Shown here one piece after another: positions 47,476 to 58,162 of a stretch of DNA of 62,551 nucleotides. The notes under the pieces were generated by a model that saw only the letters and a list, made by a program, of their open reading frames with translations, was not told the origin of the DNA and ran no database searches. Both the position numbers and the translations under genes were made by a program. Every line of letters starts with the position of its first letter. Position 1 is the stretch's first letter. The DNA comes from Promethearchaeota archaeon. GTDB lineage: Archaea; Asgardarchaeota; Lokiarchaeia; Sigyniarchaeales; SOKP01. The DNA lies in NCBI GenBank assembly GCA_018238625.1, contig JABCSY010000010.1, forward strand, positions 1-62,551, read 5' to 3'.

Positions 47476-48735
47476 ATGTCAAAAGAAAAGAAAAGCGGAA
47501 TAATGTTAAACGCAACCAACAAGCTAAAAAATGAAATGGGAAGGCATTTTCTAGCAATTGAACAAGCGTACAGAGATGGAAAACCAACTGCTTGGGCAAC
47601 TGCAGGAACTCCTGTTGAACTTTTATACGCCATGGATGTTCAAGCAATGATGCCTGAAAATTCAGCAACAATATCGGCAGCGCTTAAACAATCGAAAAAA
47701 TTTATTGAAATCGCCGAAGATCAAGGATATTCTTACGACTTATGTTCTTATTTCAAAACGAATGTTGGTGCCGTGTCAAGCAAGGCCGAAATGAGCGTTG
47801 GTGGGACTAGAAAACCCGCTTTTATGATGTCAAGCGATGTAATATGTGATACTCATGTTAGATGGTTTCAAGTACAAGCAGAAAGATTAAACGTTCCTCA
47901 CTTCACTTTAGATATACCTCACGTAGTGAGCAACACGAGCAATCGTCAACGCGACTATTTTAAAAAATACATCAAAGAACAACTTTGGGAGCTATTAGAT
48001 TTTATTACTGAAGTAACAGGTCACGAATATAACGAAGAAAAAGCGAGAGAGGTAGCCTCAAATTCCTATGAATTAGGAAAAATATGGCAAGATGTGTTTG
48101 AGCTAAGAAAAAATGTTCCCAGTCCAATCTCAACGAGAGATACTTTTGGTGGACTTTTTCCATTATTCACAATGCCTGGACTTAAATCTCCGATTAAATT
48201 ATACAAGAGAATGTACAAAGAAGCAAAAGCGAGGGCAGATGCGGGTGTAGGTGCGCTTGAAAACGAAGAATTTAGACTCATGTGGGAAGGTATCCCTTTT
48301 TGGTACAACCTAAAATTCTTTTCAAATCTGGAGCGCTGGAACGCTATGATAGTTTACGAACCTTACGTTTATGCCTTTAGCAAATATACAAATCCAAATA
48401 TTACAAAAGACGATGTGTTAAATCATCCAGTAGAATCAATGGCTGAATTAGTTTTGAGTTTTTGGTATATATACGATCTCGAGACTCGGGTTAAAAAATT
48501 CAAAGAAACGATTAAAGAATGGAAAATTGATGGCGTTCTTTTACATAATAACATGTCTTGTAGGCCAAACTCGTGTGGACAGTACGATTTGAAGCGTAGC
48601 TTAATGGAAGAATTAGATATCCCTAGTTTAATAATTACAAGCGACATGAACGACCCAAGAAAGCTAAATGAGACTCAAGTGGTTAATCAAATCGAGAGTT
48701 TTATCGAAATTTTGCGTCAAAGAAAGAAGAAATGA
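47476..48735 (+). CDS. 2-hydroxyacyl-CoA dehydratase family subunit (HgdA/BcrB-like)
   Basis: GGAGG SD; PVELLYAMD...PEN, DLCSY, ICD, RLMWEGIPFW, IDGVLLH..SCRP. Confidence 0.9.
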   Translation: MSKEKKSGIMLNATNKLKNEMGRHFLAIEQAYRDGKPTAWATAGTPVELLYAMDVQAMMPENSATISAALKQSKKFIEIAEDQGYSYDLCSYFKTNVGAVSSKAEMSVGGTRKPAFMMSSDVICDTHVRWFQVQAERLNVPHFTLDIPHVVSNTSNRQRDYFKKYIKEQLWELLDFITEVTGHEYNEEKAREVASNSYELGKIWQDVFELRKNVPSPISTRDTFGGLFPLFTMPGLKSPIKLYKRMYKEAKARADAGVGALENEEFRLMWEGIPFWYNLKFFSNLERWNAMIVYEPYVYAFSKYTNPNITKDDVLNHPVESMAELVLSFWYIYDLETRVKKFKETIKEWKIDGVLLHNNMSCRPNSCGQYDLKRSLMEELDIPSLIITSDMNDPRKLNETQVVNQIESFIEILRQRKKK

Positions 48736-48775
48736 TTTTTTTCCCAATTTTTTTGATTTTTACTTAACAAATTAA

Positions 48776-49636
48776 TCACTCTGGAAATAGTGGCTGATAC
48801 TCGTTTTCTCTTGCTACATTCACGATCTTTTCTAGTTCTTCAACATCAAGTTTCTTATATCGCTTAACGGCATTCAATACTAATGGCCATAGCCTCACAT
48901 CACAGGGCAAGGAATAAGTTGTAACTCCATCTTGCGACAATGTAAACCACACGGCTTGGTTAACTAATTCTTGTTCATCAAGAGGTTCGTACCACGTTTT
49001 GTATGTAGGAGTACCCTTCCATCTGTTTTTAGAAATGGCTTTAATAGCTGTAACTCCAATGTTATTATCTCGAGCGATTTGCAGAATCTTTTTAAAATCA
49101 TTGACAGGATTAGGGTTTACAAGCGATGCAACGTAAACGGGTAGAAGAACGGTGTCAAAATCATCGGATAACTTGAGTGCTTTCTGCAGTATCCTTACAT
49201 CATCGTGCGCTGTAATACCAATATGCTTTATTAAACCCGTTTCCTTAGCCTCTTTGAAGGCTTCCATGGCCCCATCTTCCCCAAGAATTTGGTGTAATTC
49301 CTCCATTGACGAGACCGCGTGAAATTGGTACAAATCAAAGTGCGTCGTATCAAGACGTTCTAACGATCGATTAAGCTGCCTCCAAGCCCCTTTCTTAGTT
49401 CTTTTCAACGTTTTTTCCGCTAGAAAAAACTTATTCCTATGTTTTCGTATCCAAGGGTTAAGTCGTACTTCGGCCTTACCATAGGTTGGAGCGACATCTA
49501 TCATGTTAATCCCATGATCCATTGCGAGCTTTACGGCCTTGTTGGCTTCGATTTGATCGACATACCCGAGCCCGCATCCTCCCATCGCAATTATTGTAAT
49601 TTTAGCTTTGGTTTTACCAAAAACGCGAGTTTCCAT
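48776..49636 (-). CDS. Aldo/keto reductase
   Basis: GINMIDVAPTYG..E, SLERL....DLYQFH, GLIKHIGITAH. Confidence 0.92.
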   Translation of the reverse strand: METRVFGKTKAKITIIAMGGCGLGYVDQIEANKAVKLAMDHGINMIDVAPTYGKAEVRLNPWIRKHRNKFFLAEKTLKRTKKGAWRQLNRSLERLDTTHFDLYQFHAVSSMEELHQILGEDGAMEAFKEAKETGLIKHIGITAHDDVRILQKALKLSDDFDTVLLPVYVASLVNPNPVNDFKKILQIARDNNIGVTAIKAISKNRWKGTPTYKTWYEPLDEQELVNQAVWFTLSQDGVTTYSLPCDVRLWPLVLNAVKRYKKLDVEELEKIVNVARENEYQPLFPE

Positions 49637-49767
49637 TTAATCACTCTAAAACATCTAATTGATATAAATTATTATACAATAAAATTTAAAGGTTGATTAA
49701 TTCATTTAGAAATATTCTTTAAAATAGTATTTTTAATAAAATTTAATAAATTTTCGAGCGTGTTAAA

Positions 49768-50580
49768 ATGCCAATAATTGGGATTGATTACGATAAATGT
49801 ATTAGTTGTGAGATTTGTATAAGTGCTTGTCCATCCTTAGAAGTATATTCCAAAAGCAATGAAGCAGATAATAAGATTATATTTGATCCCGAGAAAAAAT
49901 GCATATTATGTGGGCAATGCATTGCACAATGCCCTGAAGATGCTATAATTTACGAAGACATGGGAGAAAGTTTCACTTTCGGCGAAATTGGCGAGCTTTC
50001 TTCCCTTGTACCTTATGAAAACATGTTCAAGTTTCTCGCAGGAAACCGTTCAATTCGTAGATATAAGAAAGATAAGGTTCCTATAGAAATTTTAAATAAA
50101 GTTATCAAAGCGATGGAATACGCTCCCACAGGAGCTAACATGAGGCCTGAAAACTTCGTTATAATATCCGATTCAGAATTGATTAAAAAGATGTCTGATG
50201 CGATTGTAGAAGAATTTATCAAGGATCCTTCCTTAAAGGAGCAATTCAGCAAGCAACTAGAAATCCTCGCAAAAGAGATGCGTAGTCCTGTTTATTTTGA
50301 CGCCCCTCACGTGATAATCGTATCCTCACCTTTCAACATGATGATGGGAGGGTTTAACATTGGAAATATTATTACATACGGAAGGCTGGCTGCTCAATCG
50401 CTCGGGTTAGGTACTTGTTGGAATGGCTGGACCCACTTAGCATTTCACAAGAACCCTGCACTAAAAAAATTAGCTAAGATACGAGGTAGTCTGGTAACTG
50501 CATTTATAATTGGATATGCAGATAACAAGTATTATCGCGTTCCTCCTCGTTCAAAAAAGAAAGTTAAGATTTTTGAGTGA
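49768..50580 (+). CDS. Nitroreductase family protein with N-terminal 2x[4Fe-4S] ferredoxin domain
   Basis: CISCEICISACP, CILCGQCIAQCP; RSIRRY, APTGAN, GLGTCW. Confidence 0.93.
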   Translation: MPIIGIDYDKCISCEICISACPSLEVYSKSNEADNKIIFDPEKKCILCGQCIAQCPEDAIIYEDMGESFTFGEIGELSSLVPYENMFKFLAGNRSIRRYKKDKVPIEILNKVIKAMEYAPTGANMRPENFVIISDSELIKKMSDAIVEEFIKDPSLKEQFSKQLEILAKEMRSPVYFDAPHVIIVSSPFNMMMGGFNIGNIITYGRLAAQSLGLGTCWNGWTHLAFHKNPALKKLAKIRGSLVTAFIIGYADNKYYRVPPRSKKKVKIFE

Positions 50581-50869
50581 AATATATTTTATTTCTCTGT
50601 TTCAAAAAATTACTAAACGCTCCTTAGAAATAATTAACAGAACGACTAACACTTTTATTTATAACAATTAAAAATTGTGTGCTAAAAATTTAAAGTAATA
50701 TGCTCGCTTATGAAAATTTAACATTTCAAGCATATTTATTTAAACAATTAGTGCATAATGAGTACTATAAAGAGAAAAAATTAATTTCTATACCATAATT
50801 TTTTACAAATTTGTGCAAAAATCAATTTATTTTTCAATGTTTTTATAAAAAAGAGGTTTAATTTCATAG

Positions 50870-53308
50870 ATGAAAAAATTGGAAGAATCTGAAGAATGGC
50901 TCTCAACAACGCTTAATAGTATAGGCGACGCTGTAATTGCTACCGATAAATCAGGTAATGTTCGCTTTATGAATCCCATGGCAGAAGCTTTAACTGGCTG
51001 GAGGCAAGAAGAAGCCATGGAAAAACCCTTGGAGTGTATATTTAATATAATTAACGAGGAAACCAATAAAAAAGTCGAAAATCCCGTTTCGAGAGTGCTT
51101 CAGGAAGGAATTATAGTCGGGTTAGCGAATTATACAATATTAATAGCCAGAGATGGAAAGGAAATACCAATTGCTGATAGTGGAGCTCCAATAAGAGACA
51201 ATAAAGGAAATATTAGCGGTGTCGTATTAATTTTTAGAGATATTACCGAACTCAAAAAATCCGAGAAAAAATTAAAAGATGTTATTCAATTTTTACCCGA
51301 TGCAACTTTTATGATTGATACGGAAGGAAAAGTGATTTTTTGGAATAAAGCTATGGAAGAAATGACTAATGTAAAAGCCGAGGAGATTTTAAATAAAGGT
51401 AATTACGAATACGCTCTACCCTTTTATGGGGAAAGAAGACCCATTATGGTAGATTTAGTTCTTAATTCGCAAAACAATTTCGAAAGTAAGTATGATGCTT
51501 TTGAAAAAAGAGGTGATACTATTATTTCAGAAATTTCTGTTCCTCCCCAGAAAACAAGAGATGGAACATTTAATTGGATTAAAGCACGACGATTATATGA
51601 TTTTCAAGGAAAAATTATTGGAGCTATTCAAACAATACGCGATATCACCGAGCGGAAGAAGGCGGAACAAAAAATAATGCATCTTAATGATGTGTTACGA
51701 GCTGTTAGAAATGTTAACCAACTCATTACTAAAGAAAAAGATCGTAATAGTTTACTTCAAAGAGCTTGCGATATTTTAATTGAAATTCCCGGTTTTTTTA
51801 ACGCTTGGATTGCTCTTATAGATAGTTCAAACAAGGTTACGCATGCTTTTGAAACGGGTCTAGGGGAAGCTTTCTTACCAATAGACAAAATGTTGAAAAA
51901 GGGTAAAATTACTAAATGCGCCCAAAAGGCTATGCTGAAAACTAAAGCAATTCTAATTAAAGACCCATACTCGACTTGCAGAGATTGCCCATTGTCAAAA
52001 AGCTACAAGGGGCGAGTAGCAATGACAATTCGCTTAGAACATAAAAGTAAAGTTTTTGGTTGGCTTACCGTTTCTATCCCCAAAGAGTTGGTTGAAGAAG
52101 AAAGCGAACAGGAATTATTCGAGGAGGTTGGGGGCGACATTGCATTTGCTCTCTACGATATAGATCGTGAGGAAAAGCATAGAGAAGCGGAAAAAAGAAT
52201 GTTAAAATCCGAAGAAAAATATCGTAATCTCGTTAATGATATGAGAGAAATGATAGGTAAAATAGAAACTAATGGTGAAATTGTCTATGCAAGTCCTCAA
52301 ACATTTGAATTAATGGGGTTTCGACCAGAAGAAACAATTGGAAAAAACTGGTTCAAATCTTACGTTCATCCTGAAGATTTAAATATAATTGCTAATGCAA
52401 TGAAAAATACAACAGATTCACAAGGAGGTTTTGAGTCATTTGATTTTAGAATGCGACACAAAGATGGACATTATATCCATGTTTCTGGAAGAGGAAAAAT
52501 GATAAAAGAAAAAGGAAAAATAAGATATATAGCGTCGTTCAGGGACATTACTAAACGTACCCTTGCAGAACAAAAAGTAAGGGAATCTGAAAATTTGTAT
52601 CATATGGCTTATGATAGAGCAAATTTTTATAAAGATTTATTCGCTCATGATATGAATAATATTTTACAAGCTATATTATCTGGATTGCAGCTTAGCGAAA
52701 TAATTTTTGATGAACCAAATAAGCGTGAAGCTTTAAAGACTAATTTAAGAATTATGAAAAACCAAATCACAAGAGGAGCAAATTTAATTTCTAATGTTCG
52801 CAAGCTTTCTCAACTTGAAGAAATCGAACTACCACTAAAAAAGATTGAAATTTGCAATATTCTAAAAAATCTAATTTCAACTTTAAAAAACACTTACCAA
52901 ATTAATAACTTAAACATTCAAGTCCAATCTATCGGTAAAAAGCTTCATGTTCAGGCTAATGATTTTTTAGTGGATGTGTTTGAAAACATTTTGATTAACT
53001 CAGTAAGACACAATAGAAATCCATCCGTGGAAATTACAATTAGGATTTCCAGAGCGGAAAAAAATAGAGAAACTTATCTTAAAATGGAATTTCAAGATAA
53101 CGGTAAAGGAATAGATAATACTCGGAAGGAACCGATTTTTCAAAGAGGATATACAGAAGAAAAAAGCGTTCATGGGATGGGTTTAGGTTTATCCTTAGTA
53201 AAAAAAATTATTGAAAATTATAACGGAGAAATCTGGGTTGAAGATAGAATCAAAGGAGACCATTCGAAAGGAAGTAATTTTATTTTGTTGATTCCTGAGG
53301 TGAATTAA
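50870..53308 (+). CDS. PAS/GAF sensor histidine kinase
   Basis: PAS-PAS-GAF-PAS; FAHDMNNIL H-box; DNGKG; GMGLGLS. Confidence 0.95.
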   Translation: MKKLEESEEWLSTTLNSIGDAVIATDKSGNVRFMNPMAEALTGWRQEEAMEKPLECIFNIINEETNKKVENPVSRVLQEGIIVGLANYTILIARDGKEIPIADSGAPIRDNKGNISGVVLIFRDITELKKSEKKLKDVIQFLPDATFMIDTEGKVIFWNKAMEEMTNVKAEEILNKGNYEYALPFYGERRPIMVDLVLNSQNNFESKYDAFEKRGDTIISEISVPPQKTRDGTFNWIKARRLYDFQGKIIGAIQTIRDITERKKAEQKIMHLNDVLRAVRNVNQLITKEKDRNSLLQRACDILIEIPGFFNAWIALIDSSNKVTHAFETGLGEAFLPIDKMLKKGKITKCAQKAMLKTKAILIKDPYSTCRDCPLSKSYKGRVAMTIRLEHKSKVFGWLTVSIPKELVEEESEQELFEEVGGDIAFALYDIDREEKHREAEKRMLKSEEKYRNLVNDMREMIGKIETNGEIVYASPQTFELMGFRPEETIGKNWFKSYVHPEDLNIIANAMKNTTDSQGGFESFDFRMRHKDGHYIHVSGRGKMIKEKGKIRYIASFRDITKRTLAEQKVRESENLYHMAYDRANFYKDLFAHDMNNILQAILSGLQLSEIIFDEPNKREALKTNLRIMKNQITRGANLISNVRKLSQLEEIELPLKKIEICNILKNLISTLKNTYQINNLNIQVQSIGKKLHVQANDFLVDVFENILINSVRHNRNPSVEITIRISRAEKNRETYLKMEFQDNGKGIDNTRKEPIFQRGYTEEKSVHGMGLGLSLVKKIIENYNGEIWVEDRIKGDHSKGSNFILLIPEVN

Positions 53309-53309
53309 A

Positions 53310-53693
53310 ACGGAAAGTGTATTCATCGTTGATGACGAACCAGCACTTCAATATTTTTATAGGGAACTTTTAAAGATTGGTGGTTTTGAGGTAGCTGGTA
53401 TCGCAGAAGATGGAGAAGAAGCCGTTTCTATGTTTAAATCCTTCGCAGATAAGCCAAAAGTAATTTTAATGGATAATAGGATGCCACTTAAATCCGGAAT
53501 TGAAGCTTCTAAAGAAATTTTACTAATTGATAAGAACATAAAAATCATATTTATAAGTGCAGATATCACTATTAAAGAAGAAGCGTTTTCTATTGGAGCT
53601 TTTGGATTTTGGGATAAACCTTTTTTGATAGAGACTTTAATTGATAATATCAAAAAAGCTTTTGAAAGCTATTATTCCTTGCGATCTAATTAA
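53310..53693 (+). CDS. Stand-alone response regulator receiver (probable non-AUG start)
   Basis: Frame reads ESVFIVDDEPALQYFYRELL upstream of the ATG at 53430; in-frame TGA at 53301 leaves only ATT 53304 or ACG 53310 as starts; ILMDNRMP, FISA, DKP. Confidence 0.85.
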   Translation, partial: TESVFIVDDEPALQYFYRELLKIGGFEVAGIAEDGEEAVSMFKSFADKPKVILMDNRMPLKSGIEASKEILLIDKNIKIIFISADITIKEEAFSIGAFGFWDKPFLIETLIDNIKKAFESYYSLRSN

Positions 53694-53832
53694 TCTAATT
53701 GGAAATTTTTATAAGATATGTGATGCCGAATCGATAATAAATCATTACTAAATATTATTTGTTACTGATTACAGTACAATCAACTTATTTAAAATCAAGA
53801 TATAAAGTGATGAATTGGTAATTAATATTTGA

Positions 53833-54861
53833 ATGAAAATTAACCAACAAATTTTAGGATTGTTTTTCGCAAATGAAGATGAAATGGTTTATGATAAAAT
53901 CAAAATTTCTGAGGACCTAACTGAAGAAAGAGAGAATAATTTGAAAATGCTCTCTTTTAAGTATTTAGGGCCTATCTTTTTAACTGAAATGTGTAACAAA
54001 GGAAATCCTTGGAATATTGATTTTATTGAATCGGCTTTAATTTTACAGAATCAAGGTCTATATAACGAGAAAACGTTTCAATCCTTTTTTAATATAAATG
54101 CATCGAATGAGGGTGAAGACGGGATGGCTAATCTCTCAGCGCTAATAGCATCCCCTTATACAGAAGATATTAAGGAGATTGCTGACGGATTATGCGATTA
54201 TATCCTCCCTGCTATAATTCAGGGAAAGATTGTAGAGGAGAATTTTTTAGGAAGCAAATTTAAGTATTCTAAATTTATACAAAAAGAATTAACACGAGGT
54301 CTAAATTTAATCGATTATTCTCTTGGATCATCAAGAAAAGTGCATTGGGAAGAACAACATAATTATTATTGTGTAGGATTAATTGAAAGGATAGTATCTA
54401 AATACTATAAAGCATCAAATTTGTTTACTTTTGATAAGGATAATATGTTAAGAAAAAAATGTTTAGAATTTATCCCTTCTTATTATGTTATGGCGATTTT
54501 ACCTGATTACTATGAAAAGTTAATAGATGAGACTTTAAAGTTATTCAATGTCACCACTATATATCCTAATATTAGTTTAATTAAATTACATTCTCATGAG
54601 AAAAAAGTGATTTATTTAGAAGAATATGTTGTTGATAAAAATATAAAAAAGAGCTATGGCGCTATTTTGATTGAAGACACTGAAGGATTTGACAATTTAA
54701 ACAAAATTTCTTTCTATAAAAAAAATTTACGATTAATGGTGGATGGAAATAAAGATATTTCTGATATTATGCTAAAAATAAACCCTAATTTTGGGTTTAA
54801 AAAATGGGATACTCTTTCAAATGAGAGCCTCAACGATTTGGAAGCAAATCTTGATAATTAA
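53833..54861 (+). CDS. Hypothetical protein
   Basis: 342-aa ORF; no recognised motif. Confidence 0.75.
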   Translation: MKINQQILGLFFANEDEMVYDKIKISEDLTEERENNLKMLSFKYLGPIFLTEMCNKGNPWNIDFIESALILQNQGLYNEKTFQSFFNINASNEGEDGMANLSALIASPYTEDIKEIADGLCDYILPAIIQGKIVEENFLGSKFKYSKFIQKELTRGLNLIDYSLGSSRKVHWEEQHNYYCVGLIERIVSKYYKASNLFTFDKDNMLRKKCLEFIPSYYVMAILPDYYEKLIDETLKLFNVTTIYPNISLIKLHSHEKKVIYLEEYVVDKNIKKSYGAILIEDTEGFDNLNKISFYKKNLRLMVDGNKDISDIMLKINPNFGFKKWDTLSNESLNDLEANLDN

Positions 54862-54882
54862 ATTACATGGAATAATAAAAAG

Positions 54883-55923
54883 ATGGAATGTATAGAATTT
54901 GAAAATAGGTATAAAATTGACAAAGAAAGACTGATTTCCTATTACAACAGGATTAAAAGGCAGTTTAAAGATCAAGACCAATTAAGTATGATAGCAAAAT
55001 TTCTTTTCAATCAATCTATTGGGTCGTCTTATGAAGACAACTACGGTATTCTTTTGTATTTTAAAGATAAAATTACAATCGAGAAAAGTTTGTTAGATTT
55101 CGCTATAGAATGGATAAGGGCTCAAAAAATCCGATTAGAATACAAAAAGTATCTTATCAGAGCGCAATATCCAGAGAACAACTTAGCACTTGCTATTGAC
55201 GATTGCATTTTTCGATTTTTCCTCGATATTGATAAATATTTAAGAACATTAATGAAAAAAAATATTCAAGAATATAACTTTAGCGCATTATATGAAATAT
55301 TTTTTAGTCCTTATGATACTAAAAACCTAAATATAGAAGATATTTTAATCAGACACATGCATAATGTCCCTACACACTTCCAAGGAAGTAATAAAATTAA
55401 TGTAAATACTATAATACTGCGTTCTGCTCTATCAAATATAATTGTGAAAGATTACGAAGATGTCTTATTTTCAAGAAAAGAAGAAGAAGCAATGAAAAAT
55501 AAGCAATTAAATGAAAAGATTAAATCTAAAAAAGAAATAATTTACGAATTTAACGGCTCTCTTTTGGAAAGAATGATAAAAACTTATTGTATTAGTAAAA
55601 AACAGATTGTCCCTAGTGAAATTGAAAAAGCAGTTAGTCAGTTCTTATCGTCTTATCTTCGATTCGGCTCATTTTATAAATTCGCCGAATTTAAAGATAA
55701 TATGACTAAATGTTTTGCAGAAGATATAATTTGTGGACTAACTGATAATAAAAAAAACCAGATACAAAAAAATCATCTAGAATCAGCAATTTCCAACGCT
55801 TTAACGGAATTTAGTAAAATTAATTACGATTTAAAATTAGATGGACTAGCTTTAAAAAATGATCTCACACCTATTTTAAAAGATATAGCCATCCATCTAA
55901 TCAATACATACTTCAATTTTTAA
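54883..55923 (+). CDS. Hypothetical, largely helical protein
   Basis: 346-aa ORF starting 21 nt after the preceding gene. Confidence 0.75.
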   Translation: MECIEFENRYKIDKERLISYYNRIKRQFKDQDQLSMIAKFLFNQSIGSSYEDNYGILLYFKDKITIEKSLLDFAIEWIRAQKIRLEYKKYLIRAQYPENNLALAIDDCIFRFFLDIDKYLRTLMKKNIQEYNFSALYEIFFSPYDTKNLNIEDILIRHMHNVPTHFQGSNKINVNTIILRSALSNIIVKDYEDVLFSRKEEEAMKNKQLNEKIKSKKEIIYEFNGSLLERMIKTYCISKKQIVPSEIEKAVSQFLSSYLRFGSFYKFAEFKDNMTKCFAEDIICGLTDNKKNQIQKNHLESAISNALTEFSKINYDLKLDGLALKNDLTPILKDIAIHLINTYFNF

Positions 55924-55983
55924 AAAATATGGATCCTAAAAAGCGAATACCTTAAATCTAAAGAAGAAAAGAATCTCTTGAGA

Positions 55984-56325
55984 TTAATTGGAAATTTTAA
56001 CATAAGAGTTCGGAGTCAGGATTAAGTATTGGTCTCCAAGACGGGCCATAGAACCACCATTATCTCTTAAAAACGATTTCAAATCTTCAATCCCTCTTTT
56101 TAGTTGAGTGACGTCAATATTTTGGAGAATATCTTTCGCGTTTAATATTAGAATTCTTTTACCGAGAAGTTCCTTTTTAATTTCTTCGACTTGTTTAAGA
56201 GAAGAGAAATCGTACTTTTTAATGACAAAACTTTGTTTAAACGATGAAAACTCTCGGGAAAACCCCATGGTTTCTTCTGGTGTATTTAAAAGATCCGCTT
56301 CTACTTTTTTCCATAATCTACCCAT
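55984..56325 (-). CDS. sepF: SepF-like cell division protein
   Basis: VEEIKKELLGKRILILN...LKRGIEDLK...GGSMARLGDQYLILTP, typical of archaeal SepF/DUF552. Confidence 0.8.
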   Translation of the reverse strand: MGRLWKKVEADLLNTPEETMGFSREFSSFKQSFVIKKYDFSSLKQVEEIKKELLGKRILILNAKDILQNIDVTQLKRGIEDLKSFLRDNGGSMARLGDQYLILTPNSYVKISN

Positions 56326-56540
56326 TTTTTAACCACGACCAATTTTTTTTTAAATTATTTTTTATGCTGGAAGTAAAATATGAATAAGCTCACTTTAAAC
56401 ACTATAACATTCAGATATTACATTATTTGGATCATTATTTTATTTAAAATTCCGATTTTTTTGTCTGTTAGTAATAAAAGTTTTTAATACATTTGATCAT
56501 ATTATTTGTTATAATAATTAAAAAAAAAACAGAAATCAAA

Positions 56541-57002
56541 ATGAGTGAAAATAAAGTAATTGTCGCAAACAAAGGAATGGTAAGAGCCGACTTCAATTTC
56601 CACGTAGGCCGATACATGGACAAATTTTACGATAATTTTGAAAAAAAGAAACTAGTTGGCAATAAATGTCAAAAATGCGGTGATGTTTTTGTACCTCCCA
56701 GAAAGATATGTGGAAAATGTAATGTGGTGATTCCACTAGAAGAGAATTGGGTTGATTTGCCTGATACGGGTATCTTAAAGAATTATACTATCACGCCATA
56801 TAGAGTTAACGATAGAACTTCAAGAAAGGCCAAACCTCAAGTTGTTGGCATGGTACAAATTGATGGGAGCAATACAGCCATAATTTATCGATTGATAAAT
56901 ATAAAACCAGAGGAAGTTAAAACTGGGATGAAGGTTAAAATAGAATGGAGCGAAAAACCGAAAGGAGACCCTTCAGATATTAAGGGTTTCGTTAAAATTT
57001 GA
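56541..57002 (+). CDS. DUF35 Zn-ribbon/OB-fold protein
   Basis: GNKCQKCGDVFVPPRKICGKC, GMKVKIEW; start moved to ATG 56541. Confidence 0.9.
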   Translation: MSENKVIVANKGMVRADFNFHVGRYMDKFYDNFEKKKLVGNKCQKCGDVFVPPRKICGKCNVVIPLEENWVDLPDTGILKNYTITPYRVNDRTSRKAKPQVVGMVQIDGSNTAIIYRLINIKPEEVKTGMKVKIEWSEKPKGDPSDIKGFVKI

Positions 57003-57017
57003 GAGGTGACATGATAA

Positions 57018-58160
57018 ATGGAAAAAGTAGGAATTGTAGGTTATTATCAAGTACAACTGCAGTCAGAAGCTAATTATGGTAGATATGAGTTTATTTTTGA
57101 AGCAGTTAGAGGCGCTTTAGATAACGCTGGTTTAAAAAAAAAGGATGTAACCACTGTTATATCATGTACTAACGATTATTACGACGGAAGAACTATATCT
57201 AACGCGTTCCCCGTAGAAGTGGGTGGTGCGTATTTAACCGATGAATCGAAAGTAGAAATGGATGGGGCTCACGCTGCATTATATGGGTTGATGAGAGTTT
57301 TATCCGGAAACCATAAATTAGCGGTAATTTGGGGGGGAAGTACGCCATCTTGTTATCCTTACCATTCTGCTCGATTATTCGAAACAGACCCTACATGGGA
57401 ACGACCTAACGCTTTCGTGAACGATATTACAGCTGGAGGTTTCCAAATGAGGGCATATATGGAAAAATATGGAGTATCCGCAGAAGATATTGCTAAAGTT
57501 GCAGTAAATAATAGAAAGAACGCTGCAAAAAATCCCATGTCTCTAAAAGAAGCTCAATATCCAAATCTAACCACTAAAGAAGTTTTAGAATCTGGATATT
57601 ATGCCGATCCAGTCACGGAACTAATGGTTTCTCCTCTTTGTGATGGAGTTGCTGCTATATTATTAGCTCCAGAAAAACAAGCTTTGAAGATTACAGAAAA
57701 GCCCGTTTGGATTACGGGGGTAGGATACAATCAAGAAACATACTATCTTGGAGATAGAGATTTATCTACTTCCAAATCCATGGAATCCGCAGGAAAAATG
57801 GCGTTTAAAGCCGCTGGGATAAAAAGTCCTAAGGATGAGATAGATGTAGCTGAATTATCTGAAGTATATGCTCACGAAGAACTTATTTTTAGTGAAGCTC
57901 TTGGATTGGCAGAAAAAGGTCAAGGAGCTAAATTAAATTATGAGATTAATGGAGATCTTCCGATTAATCCTTCGGGTGGTGCTCTTGGAGGCAATCCTCC
58001 ATGTGCAACTGGCTTAATAAGGATAATAGAAGCGGTTAAGCAATTAAGAGGTGAAGCAAATGGATATCAAGTTAAAGATGCTAAAAAAGCTATTGCTTCT
58101 GGTCAAATTGGAATGTGTGCTCAAAATAATATATTATATGTGTTGGAGGGAGGTAATTAA
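57018..58160 (+). CDS. SCP-x-type thiolase-fold protein (Ltp4-like, no catalytic Cys)
   Basis: DYYDGR.IS, ESKVEMDGAHA, CDGVAA, INPSGGALGGNP. Confidence 0.85.
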   Translation: MEKVGIVGYYQVQLQSEANYGRYEFIFEAVRGALDNAGLKKKDVTTVISCTNDYYDGRTISNAFPVEVGGAYLTDESKVEMDGAHAALYGLMRVLSGNHKLAVIWGGSTPSCYPYHSARLFETDPTWERPNAFVNDITAGGFQMRAYMEKYGVSAEDIAKVAVNNRKNAAKNPMSLKEAQYPNLTTKEVLESGYYADPVTELMVSPLCDGVAAILLAPEKQALKITEKPVWITGVGYNQETYYLGDRDLSTSKSMESAGKMAFKAAGIKSPKDEIDVAELSEVYAHEELIFSEALGLAEKGQGAKLNYEINGDLPINPSGGALGGNPPCATGLIRIIEAVKQLRGEANGYQVKDAKKAIASGQIGMCAQNNILYVLEGGN

Positions 58161-58162
58161 AA

